A stretch of 64,000 bases of DNA from Vicugna vicugna (lineage: Eukaryota). Shown one piece after another: positions 12,800-23,422 of the stretch. Within the stretch, counting starts at the first letter, position 1; each line of letters begins with the position of its first letter. The stretch is from positions 248,001-312,000 of the forward strand of contig MU061560.1 of NCBI GenBank assembly GCA_013265495.1, read 5' to 3'. The notes beneath the pieces are model-generated. The model saw nothing but the letters and a program-made list of their open reading frames with translations. It was not told the origin of the DNA and searched no databases. A program made the translations under genes and the position numbers.

Positions 12800-13344
12800 A
12801 AGAGTAATCAGAATTTGTAAATAAATATTTTGTTAATTTTTGCTACCCCAGCTAGGCTGTAAACTCCCTAAGTGCCGGGACATGTATATTTTGCTTGTCA
12901 TCATTTTCCCATCACCTAGTGTCTGGCGCATAGAATGCTCTAGATGAATTGTTTCTTGAAGCCTTTGTGACTTGTCATGGATTTTTGCTCAGTTTTCCGA
13001 TAACTGAGTAGCTGTCAGCTTCCGAGTTCTACCACCAACGCTGCGGTGACGCAGCCACCGTGCTCAGGAGGGTGCAGACGGCGTTGCTGGTTCCAGACCC
13101 ATGCTGTGCCCGCCACGCGCACTGTAGATGGGTGCCCCTCCCCACACCCTTCAGCACCCATGGAGGCGGGAGTTGACACTTCAGTCTCTGCTGGAGCTGC
13201 AACTGAGAAGGAAGACTCCTCCGTGGAGCAGTCGGGACCCGGCCTCACACCGCCTGTCTAACTCCCACACCGGTGTGTGTCTCTGGTGGCCCCTAGATCA
13301 TACGCAAAAGCCTACCTTCAGGGCAGTCTAGAAAGTGCAATTTT

Positions 13345-13487
13345 AAATTTTATTTTAGTTTTTATTGAGGGGGGAGGTAATTAGGTTTATTCATTTATTT
13401 ATTTTTAGAGGAGGTACTGGAGATTGAGCCCAGCACCTTGTGTATGCTAAGCGTGTGCTCTACCACTTGAGCTACACCCTCCCCCCA
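13345..13487 (-). mobile_element. vic-1-like SINE
   Basis: Full head and tail. Perfect TSD agaaagtgcaatttt (13330-13344, 13488-13502). Confidence 0.93.
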
Positions 13488-14124
13488 AGAAAGTGCAATT
13501 TTTTATGTTTCAAGCTTCTGCCGGGAAGAAGGCTCATTCATTAGAAAGAAGTTAGAATGGATGTTAAGCACCACCAATCTACTGCATCCATTCTAACTCC
13601 TTTTCAAATTTACATTCCTTTAGCAATCCTTGGAAAAATGCAAAGTAGATGATGATTTTTCAAGGCCCCAAAATAATTGACAAGTGAAGGGGGGTGTTTA
13701 AGAGTGTGAGCTCCAGAGTCCTGCTGTCTGAAGTCAAACCCTCTTTCCCCTCTATGTGCCCCAACTGCCAGATCTGCAGGTGGGCATAATCTTGCTTCAG
13801 AATACAAGTTTGAGGAATAAATGAGATAAAGAATGTGATATGCTTAGCACATGTCTGGCTAATGGTAATTTACCAGTAAATGTTACCTAAATATTGTAAT
13901 TCTAATTCTTATTCATCAAAGTCTCATTTCCTAATGGGAAATAGAGGTCCTTTGATTAAAAAATAAACTTTGAATTCCATTATAAGAGATTTTTATGTGA
14001 GAATGTTGACAGATCTCGTTTAATTCCTCCTGGATCCTTTTTGTTCATTCATACAGTAATTGAGGGTTTATTGTGCATAATTGAGCTGGGTTGATATTCT
14101 AGTTTTATCTGATATAAATTCTTA

Positions 14125-14728
14125 TTTATTTTTTATTGAAGTATAGTCAGTTACAATGTGTCAATTTCTGGTGTACAGCGGACTCTGAGTGATTACAATG
14201 TGTCTGTGTAAATTTGCTGACGGGAACAAATGCACCTTGGTGGGGGATCTGATAATTTGATAAATTACGCAGGTGTGGGGACAGGGAAGTACATGGGAAA
14301 TCTCTGTACCTTATGCTCAGTTTTGCTGTGAACCTAAAACTTTCCTAAAAGCCTATTTTTAAAAAATGAAAAAAATAAATTCTGGTGTACAGCATAATGT
14401 CCTAGTCGTGTGTGTGTGTGTGTGTGTGTGTGTATGCATATATATATATATTCGTCTTCATATTCTTTTTCATTAAAGGTTATTACAAGATATTGAGTAT
14501 AGTTCCCTGTGCTTATACAGAAGAAATTTTTAAAATTTTTTTATTTTTTTATGTAGTGGTTATCATTTGCAAATCTTAAACTCCCAAATTTATCCCTTCT
14601 CACCCCCTTTCCCCTGGTGTTGTTTACTATGTCTGTGAGTCTGTGTCTGTTTTGTAGATGAGTTTATTCGTGTCCTCTTTTTTCTTTTTTCTTCTTTTTT
14701 TTTTAGGCTATACATTTGAGTGATAAAT
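14125..14728 (-). mobile_element. 5'-truncated lineage L1 3'UTR, split by an insertion at 14180-14376
   Basis: ttgaagtatagtcagttacaatgtgtcaatttctggtgtacagc start. Perfect TSD tgatataaattctta (14110-14124, 14729-14743). Confidence 0.92.
14180..14376 (+). mobile_element. L1MC-type 3' end with A-tail, nested in the younger L1
   Basis: atgggaaatctctgtaccttatgctcagttttgctgtgaacctaaaact resembles the L1MC1/2 3' end. TSD aatttctggtgtacagc (14163-14179) and aaattctggtgtacagc (14377-14393). Confidence 0.82.
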
Positions 14729-15039
14729 TGATATAAATTCTTAATACGTGCTCATTGTGTAGAATTTGACAATAAGGAAATATATAGAGAATAATACTAA
14801 ATTATTTATAATCACACTATACAGAGCTAACTGTTGGTAACAAAGTGATATTTTCCTCTCCTTTCCTGCCTTGCATATTTAAGTTTGTTAAAAGATACTG
14901 TATATTCAGTTTGTATCTTGCTTGTTCACTGAAAGTTATATTAGGACCTTGGAAAACATTTTAATGGCTTGATAATATTTTATTGTATGGAGTATAAAAG
15001 TTATTGTTCTCAGTGTTTGAGTATTACAGTAAAATCTTT

Positions 15040-15370
15040 TGAACATGATTCTGCTGCTCACCAAATACTCCACGTGCCCCCTTACATTTCCCAGCTTCCC
15101 TGTTAGCTGAGTCAGGATCCTGAGATGAGCTTTAGACAATGACCTGAGAACAGAATTCACTAGTGTCACTTCCAGGCCGAGGCAGCTGAGAGCCAGCGTG
15201 TTTCCTTTGTCCCTTTCTTCCCCTGCTGAAATGAACTTGGAGGGGGGGTAGTCCAGATGGCATAGCTGGAGGAGGGCGGCCCCATCTACGTTCAGCTTTG
15301 TTTAGTTAAACCATTGAGATTTCACAGATTTTTCTGCTTAGCAGCTTCTGTTAATTACCCTGATAATTTA
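15040..15370 (+). mobile_element. Old MaLR LTR (MLT1I/J-like)
   Basis: ttacatttcccagcttccctg...gtgtcacttccaggccgaggcag...gttaaaccattgagatttc. Confidence 0.65.
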
Positions 15371-15414
15371 TGGAATTTGTTTTGTTTATCAGTGGTATTG
15401 ATTTACTAGTACAT

Positions 15415-15637
<223 letters not shown>

Positions 15638-16680
15638 GCAGTTTTAATGGCCAGGCTCTTTTGCACCAGTTCTCAGTAGTTCACAATCAGTTCTTTCCAG
15701 CGTGTAAACTGAAAATAGATCAGACTATATGGTTCAAAAGTGAAAGACTCAAGAAAGTTTACTACCACATAATCTGTGCTTGTCTTCTCCTTTTTATTAA
15801 CATCAAACCAGTCAGGATGTTAGACTACAAAATGCTCACTGCATGGAAGAAAAATGGATTGAGAAAGTCCCTGCTGTTAAATGAAACTTTATGGTATTTG
15901 TTATAGAGGCAATTAAGGTAATTAGTGAAAGCCAATATAACCGGCCTCTCCTCCTTAGTCGTGAGGGTCAAAACGGAACTTTGCAATGTCCTCCCGGAAA
16001 CCCCTTTCAATAGCACGTTGATAGTTAAAGAGAGAGGTTGTTCTTCAGGGGCCTCAAAGGACAAAAGTGAATCCATTAACACTGCAGAAAACAATCTGAC
16101 TGCTGCAGGGCGACAAAGAATCAGGAGGTAAAATGGAGTTGAGAAGGTCACAGGAGCTAATTGTCAGTATTTCTGCTCTTCATCAGAATTGTTTTTAACG
16201 AGCTCCCTGATAGCTGTGCGTGCTGACAGCGTAGGTGAACATGGCAAGTCTAGGATCACAGGGGCGTAATTAGGTGACACTGCCCTGCTTTGGCTGAACC
16301 GAGGGAGACGTCCCCTAGAGAAAGAGCCAAAGGGGACCATGATAGGTTAGACAGGGCATCCTTGAGGGCCTGAATTTCACTTCAGCCTCAGAGGAATTGC
16401 CACAAAGATGAATTGGGTTTATGAGTATATATACTCATAGAATAGAGAGAGAGTGTATATATTCATAATACAGGATATTATGAGAACAAAGACTAGAATT
16501 ACCAGAAGAGATATTTGAAAAGAGACTGCAGATTGACTGTTTAGATTTATATTTGAAGAGATGCTCAGTCAAAATCCATTTTTCAAGAGGATTTGGCAAT
16601 TAGCCTCAGGCTAATTTATAACTTGACTGATTTGAAGGTTTGCAAGGATTCAACTATTCAAAAACAAAACACAGTAAAAG

Positions 16681-16860
16681 TAATAAAAATAGACAAAGAA
16701 CAGATTTCCTCTGTACAGCACAGGGAACTATACTCAATACCTTGTAATAACCTTTAATGAAAAAGGATATGAAAATGAATATATATATATGTATGACTGG
16801 AACATTATGCTATATATCAGAAATTGACACATTGTAACTGACTATACTTCAATTAAAAAA
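16681..16860 (+). mobile_element. Short lineage L1 3' end
   Basis: cagcacagggaactatactcaatac...tgactatacttcaattaaaaaa. TSD aaaacac(a/t)gtaaaag (16666-16680, 16861-16875). Confidence 0.9.
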
Positions 16861-17065
16861 AAAACACTGTAAAAGGATGCAGAATACCTAGAAACTGGAA
16901 AAATACATGAGGACCCCTTCAAGAATCTTGAAGGGGTTCTTTTATAAAAGGAGATTTGTAGATAATCTTTACTGAATTGTTTCCACGAGAAAGGTCTATC
17001 TCAGTTAACAGATTATGTTAATCAGACTACGAGTGTCCAAATGTTGTTACAGTTTATTAAACTGT

Positions 17066-17279
17066 GATGGTTCTCAGTCGGGGCTATTTTGTCTCTCCTC
17101 CCCCTCCCGTCGCGTCTGGTTGTCTTGACCGGAGGAACTAGGGGAACGCTGCTGCCATCTAGTGGGTAGAGGCTAGGATGCCGCTAAACATCCAGACATC
17201 CTCCATCGCACAGGACAGTCCCCAAAACAAAGAACCATTCAGCCAACGATGTCATTACTGCCCAGGCTGAGAAATCTTG
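17066..17279. mobile_element. MER20-like MITE
   Basis: gctgccatctagtgggtagaggctaggatgccgctaaacatcc...gcacaggacagtcccc. Confidence 0.78.
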
Positions 17280-17389
17280 AGTTTAAGTAAACCGGGGGAC
17301 TTGTATTGGAGTGGGAAAAAAAAGGATAAAAATTGTGGGAAATGAAAGCTAACCACATTTGTTAAGTCTCTGTCCAACACAGTGCCTAA

Positions 17390-17600
17390 AGTCGGGGTAT
17401 AGATGCGGTGTCTGCCTCTAGTCCCAGGTTGGAATCCTTGGCGAGGGCAAGTTTCTCGACCTCTCTAAGCCTCAGTTTCCAAAAAAGTGAGAATGATAGT
17501 AATATTTGCCTTGTAGGTTTTTGTGAAAATTAAACGAGAACATGTAATAAGTGCTTGGCATGGTGCCTGACAATCTTTAAACGCCTAGTAAGTGGTAGCT
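17390..17600 (+). mobile_element. MIR
   Basis: gggcaagtttctcgacctctctaagcctcagtttcc...gtgcttggcatggtgcctgaca. Confidence 0.72.
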
Positions 17601-18231
17601 GTAATCAGCATAGACATCAGATTGCAAAGAGTTACTCCACGTGTTTGCATTAATTATCACAGGGTCATGAGATTTAAATACGTATTTCTCAGGTTATATT
17701 TAAAAATTTTCTACCATAGCATGCAGTATTTGTATTGTAAGAAAACAATAAACTTGTTTTAAACTAATTCAAAAGGAAGCTTCAGATTTCATATCATAAA
17801 TTCTAAATATTCTTTGCTCTTTTTCAAAGTCAAGTCTAGGTTATGCAGATCACAAAATAATCAGATATTTTCAGTGGCCACTTAATTTACAAGTGTGTGA
17901 AAACTGCTATTGGAATGAAATAAAAATAAGAAATAGAATGGTTGCCAGTATTCTGAGATAGAAAATCAAAGATGCATTTATGATAGACAGGAGAATGGAT
18001 TACAGGATTTGGTTTTGTTGAAGTTATTCATATATTCATGTTTTGCTCAGATTTTTAAATTATTTCTCCTTTTATGGGCACATAGCAATTACAGGGAAGT
18101 AGCTGAGAGTCATTCTTATTTGATATGGATTTTCCTAGTGTCAGGTCATATGTGAACCCCAGGAAGAGTCTTGTGTAGTGGTTAAGACACAGAGTCTGAA
18201 GCCTGGCTTCCTTGCATCAAATCCCAGCCTT

Positions 18232-18432
18232 GCAGGACGTTTGGTTCTGTCCAAAACGTCTGTAAGCCAATTGCTTCATGCCGAAAAGTGCTTGAAATTT
18301 GGTCCTATCCAGAATATCCATGATCATATTTGACCCGGGCCAAATGGTTTGAATGGGACCAAATATCAAAGCCCTTTTGGCACGAATCAAATGGCTTCCG
18401 AACGTTTTGAACAGAACCAAATGTGCTAACCG
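18232..18432. mobile_element. Unassigned 201-bp MITE-like element with long imperfect inverted arms
   Basis: Arms at about 18234-18311 and 18350-18428 are roughly 80% complementary by manual alignment. Flanking repeat atcccagcctt (18221-18231) and atccgagcctt (18433-18443). Confidence 0.75.
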
Positions 18433-18526
18433 ATCCGAGCCTTACCACTCATTAGCTTTTGATCTTGGGGAAGTAACTTAACTTCCTTGTGACTTAGTTT
18501 CCTCACCTTTAAAAAGGAAGTAATAG

Positions 18527-18712
18527 AGGGGAGGGTATAGCTCAGTGGTAGAGTGCATGCTTAGCATAAATGAGTTCTTGGGTTCAAGTCTCAGTACCTC
18601 TGTTAAAAAATAAATAAATAAACTTAAATTATGCCCCCTAAATCTAAAAGTAAATAAGTAAAAACATCTAAATTACCTGCCCCCCAAAAATCAACAAATA
18701 AAGTAGTTTTTT
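18527..18712 (+). mobile_element. vic-1-like SINE with duplicated tail module
   Basis: ggggagggtatagctcagtggtagag head; the taaata...aaatta..cccc module occurs twice. Confidence 0.87.
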
Positions 18713-18872
18713 TAAAAAAGGAAACTATAATGTCCTTATAATATTAAGTTTAAAAGGAGATGACATGTATTTATATTTATATAAATAAATATATTTTCTT
18801 CCATCTAAACAATGCCTGGCTCATATAGGGCTTATGTAAGTGCTTACTATTATTATTGAAAGTTGGATATAT

Positions 18873-19040
18873 ATACTTTTCATTAATAGACTTTATTTTT
18901 TAGAGCAATTTCAGGTTCACAACAGAATTGAGCAGAAAATACAGAGAGTCTGCACACAGCCCTCCCCACCCACACACACATACTCCCCTACCCTCAGCAT
19001 CCCTCATCCGTGTGGCATGTTTGGAACAATCGATGAACCA
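18873..19040 (-). mobile_element. L1MC-type 3' end
   Basis: ttaatagactttattttttagagcaatttcaggttcacaacagaattgagcaga. TSD gaaagttgg(a/g)tatat (18858-18872, 19041-19055). Confidence 0.82.
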
Positions 19041-20949
19041 GAAAGTTGGGTATATTTTTTAATGTCTTTTTTTTTTTTTAACTTGTTGCAGAGAAGAACG
19101 ACACAACACTAACTTTGGTCAAACAAAGATAATTTTGATAGACACTCTTCAACATGTCAGTAAGAAGTATCAGACTGCTGTGTATTGATTAGCTCAGTTA
19201 CAGAATTGCATATGCGTGCTGTCAGTGACATCAGATTATCTTGCTATTTAGTACTGGCTACTAAGGCATGACCGAGCTGTTCCAAGTTGTAGTTCTTGGT
19301 CACACACCTTCCTCGCCTCCCACTCTTTCTCGAGGAGGGCCTCCCATTTACATGTTTGAATCACGAGGTAGAGTCTGAGGATGCACGCACACTTTAGTGT
19401 CTCTGGTGGGAGAGGGAAGGCTTCTAAGTTCCCTTTCTCCCGGTGCAGTTTCTTGTACCTTCTTTCCCACATACCTGGTAAGACCTGGCCGCAGTGACCT
19501 TCTGCTTTGGAGGGCCCCGGTCAGGACTGAGGAGCAAGGCCAGGTGAGGGTCCAGGGGCGTGGAATGGAAGCCGGCTGCTCGGGGCGCTCCTGTCCTGAC
19601 CTTGAGGGGGAAGCGGGGGGCAGTCCTGGAGACCGAGATGAGAACAGTTCCCTGGCGTTTGGCTGGCAGGAGCCAGCGGCTGCTCACTGGTGACGTCTGT
19701 GCTGAGAAGTTCTCGGCTCAGGCTACCTCAGCAAAGCTCAGCAAGGTAGAAACTTTGGACGCGAACAAAGCACTAGCTCAGGTCCTGAGTGGATCCAGAC
19801 CGGATTCCTGAGAAGGATGCTGACTTGGGCCTGTCTGTTCTGCGGAGACGGGATGGACTTGCACCTGGATGGGAATCCTGGTGGGAGCTTTCATTTTCTT
19901 AGTCGCAGTGGGCGCGGTGATGATTTCTGCCACGTCTGAGCATCTGGGTGTCGTTAGCACGGCAGGCTCGGTCAGGACTGTGCTGGGAACTGTCGATTTT
20001 CTCCTTAAAAGTTCAACTGAAAAAATTATTTTTATGAAAAATAATATATAAAACAATATTTACTCTCATACTTAGCAGGAGCATACTACATATTCATTGA
20101 CCTGTTGAATCTACCCTGGGCATCTGAAGCTGTGTCCTCTAGGTGAGTGTCTTTGGAAGTCGGCTGCGGGAGCCATTGAGGCTTTCCAAGGAGGAGAGAC
20201 AGTGATGGGAAGGAAAGGTGTAGCTTTGCTTCCATCTGTTTTATATTCTAGATTTCTCTAGAATGTTCTCTTTGAAGAAAAGTTTTCAACCACATTTTGA
20301 AAACCACTTTTGTAGGCAGATGTCATCCTTGGATCACCTAGGTCATTGAACAGCTTTTATTGGAAACCTACCCGTGTTGCTTTAGCTTCCCAAAGAAACA
20401 CCTTCACCAAATTGTGTTTCAAAGTTATGCTTTTAAATTATACTTAACTGTTATAGAAGAGCTGGCTTTTTCTGTGCAACCATAGGATTCAAGTCCTTTG
20501 AACATGTGTTCCCAAATGAAACATATCTCTGAGTTTAATCCTAAGAAAATCTTGTTTCTCTAGAGAATGAGCATAATTTCTCTTCTCTGATGATGCAAAT
20601 TATGTAATTATTTTATTTCCAGCTTTTCTCTTAGACATCCTGTGATTCTGAACTACATTTTATGCACAATCACAGAAATGATATTGAGTTTTAGGATCAG
20701 AACGTTTGTTTCTTCTTGTTCTTTACCTGTTTTATTATTTTCTTTCCATTTTCTCACATATGCCTCTTTGCAGGCTGCCTCAGATGCTTTTTGGAATGAG
20801 GCAGGGTATAAATTCAATAAATAATATGTGTCTAAACCATTTGCCAACAAAACCTTTTTGGGACAGAGCCTAAACATTACTTACATAAAAAGATCTGGTT
20901 CCCACCTGCTGTAGGAATATTTTTTGCTCATTTCCCTGTAGTGTACTTT

Positions 20950-21150
20950 ATTCTTTCTTTATTTTTTTAAACACCTTTATTGTGGTATGATTCCTGTACA
21001 GTAAACTACACATATCTTAGATGAACAGTTGATGGATTTTGAAAGCTGTACACACCCGTGAAACCAGCACCACAATCAAGACAGCTGACATTTCCATCAC
21101 TCCCCAAGAGGTGTACATTTCAAATTCCCAATTTATCCCTTCCCACCCCC
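20950..21150 (-). mobile_element. Old L1M (MD/ME-like) 3' end joined to a short lineage-L1 segment
   Basis: ctttattgtggtatgatt...accacaatcaagac...catttccatcactcc, then tcaaattcccaatttatcccttcccacccc. Confidence 0.7.
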
Positions 21151-21389
21151 TTATTTTTTAAGAGTTACAGTATTTTAGTTCACTTAATAGAAGGCTCATG
21201 GATGTAGGTTCTGTGTTGACAGCAGGTGAAGCCTTACTTTCAGTATCACTTTACAGATTGTGGCTCTTACTCTCCTGGGCTGGCATGTGTTGTGTGTCCA
21301 AAATTTGACGAAGAGTCTTATTGGTTTGAATATAGATTAGAGGGGCACTGAATTTTAGAATTTGTAGTGGCATAAGAAATCATCTAGCC

Positions 21390-21563
21390 CAGTGATTCTC
21401 AAGTAGGAGACATCTGGCAATGTCTAGAGAGATTTTTGGTTGTCAGATCTGGGTGGAGGCTCCTGCCATCTAGGATTGGAGGCCAGGGATGGTGTTAAAC
21501 ACCCCACAATACAGAGGATAGCCCCCCGCCCCCAGTGTCAGTACTGCCAAGGTTGGAAACTCT
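21390..21563. mobile_element. MER20-like MITE
   Basis: cagtgattctcaa...gacatctggcaatgtctagag...gccaaggttggaaactctg. Confidence 0.8.
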
Positions 21564-21647
21564 GATTTAGTACAATCACATAATTTTTCAGACAAATTGA
21601 GGCCCGGAGAGGTTGAGTGACTTGTTCTTCAAATATAAGATTTAAAA

Positions 21648-21750
21648 TGGGGGTGGAATGCATGCTTGGCATGCATGAGGTCCTAGGTTCAATCCCCAGT
21701 AGCTCCATTAAATAAATAAAAAAAGCCAATTACCCCCCCCTTCCCCAAAA
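21648..21750 (+). mobile_element. vic-1-like SINE with damaged 5' head
   Basis: gcatgcttggcatgcatgaggtcctaggttcaatccccagtagctccattaaataaata. Confidence 0.85.
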
Positions 21751-22867
21751 GGAGAAAAACCATCATTTCCTACAGCCAATTAAAACAAGCCAGCTTTCCA
21801 GGTTCCTGTGCAAGATTTGGTCTTCAGTGTTACTAAAATAATTAGCCAAACTTGTTCTTAAAATAGTGAAATGATAAGAAATTTCTTTCTGAGACTGAGA
21901 TCAAGGCAAAGAGGTTCTTAAGGGAAGACTGTTCTCAAAAATTCAGTGCCCTCCCTGTGGGTGCCTCTCCACGGGAACATTGTACATTCTTGCCCCGATG
22001 AAGTTGAATGTGGCAGCTTGACTAGCGTGGGCCTGTAAAACGTGACACGGATGTCCCCCTCAAGTGGACGCCTCGGGAGCCCCTGCATGGTGTGCCGTGT
22101 CCTCGCTTCCCTCTGCCAGCACTGTTGGCAGCATTCTAGGCAGGGGCAGGGCTGGCAGCCTGCTCTTAAAGCCACAGCCCGCCCTGATGAGGATGTGATG
22201 GGGACTAGAAATTAAGCCTTTGCTGTTGTTTTAAAAATGTAATCACATCGTAAATCAGGTCCCCAGAAAGTGTGAGATACAGTTTTCCCACACAGCACGA
22301 TCTGATGTTTTCCTTTCCTTCATAACTTAAGGTCTGCACACACAGCATTCAGTACTTTCTTCCTGTTCTGCGGTACCTCACCCAGGGCGCCTTTTGTTCC
22401 CACCCATCTGGAGTAAACAGAATATATCATTGTCCTGTTCTGGCTGAGCTAGCAATATAAATGCTTTCTTTTTTTGTTATTTGTATATTTATGTTTTTAA
22501 AACCACAGCACTGAAACTGCTGGAATTGAGCACTGGCCCTAAAGATGGATTTTTCCTTCCTTTTTTGGCATCAGTTTTCCCTACCTTTCCCCTCCCCCTA
22601 TTTGTTTCTACTTGGGACTGAGTGCTGATGCAGTCATTACTGGTTGGCTTTTATCTGCTTCTCTGTGGTAAGTCTAGAACAACCAGGTACCCGAAGAGGG
22701 CGGAGTAAGTGGTTGATGGAGCACTGTGAGTGTCGTTAGCTGGAGTCACCGAGCTGCTGGGGTCTTTGTGAGAGGGAAATTTGCTCTTACACTAGGCACT
22801 GGTGACATAGAGATGAAAAGATCAAGTTTCTTCACTCAAAAACCTTGGAAATAGAGTTGTCAGCGAG

Positions 22868-22982
22868 TTTCTTTCTTTCTTTCTTAATTGAAGTATCGTC
22901 AGTTACAATGTGTCAGTTTCTGGTGCGCGGCATAATGTCCCAGTCATGCATATACATACATACATTTGTTTTCATATTCTTT
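22868..22982 (-). mobile_element. Very short lineage L1 3' end
   Basis: aattgaagtatcgtcagttacaatgtgtcagtttctggtg. Confidence 0.85.
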
Positions 22983-23301
22983 GAGCTACTTTCTGATCAT
23001 AACACTTTAACATGGAAGAAAAGCTCTCCCAGAGAAAAGGCAGCAAGAGATTCACAGTCTGGAGCTTTTTAAGGGTAGATCTGGCTTAATTCACCTTCTT
23101 CTCACTCACCCCCTACCCACCACTGGTCCTATTCACAACTCAGTTTTTAAAGATAGAGAGAAGTCCCATGACTCAGCCCCTGTTTCCTCTTTCCTGCGTG
23201 GGGAAGTCTGAAGTGTCTAATCCTTCAGGGCTTTTATGAATGGTTGGTGTTACTCACAGAAGACTCTGACGTGGGTAGGACAGAGTAACTATTAAAAAAA
23301 A

Positions 23302-23422
23302 TTTTTTTTAGTGGGGGAGGTAATTGGGTTTATTTACTTATTTTAATGGAGGTGTTGGGGCCTGAACCCAAGACCTGGTGCGTGCTAAGCACGCACTCTA
23401 CCACTGAGCTATCCCTACCCCC
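23302..23422 (-). mobile_element. vic-1-like SINE
   Basis: gggggaggtaattgggttt...gtgctaagcacgcactctaccactgagctatccctaccccc. Confidence 0.88.

Larger units (their letters stand above)
18165..18856 (+). mobile_element. MIR interrupted by a palindromic element and a SINE
   Basis: gtgtagtggttaagacacagagtctg...aaatcccagcctt, then accactcattagc...ttgggg...tttcctcacc, then aatgcctggctcatatagggc. Confidence 0.75.
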
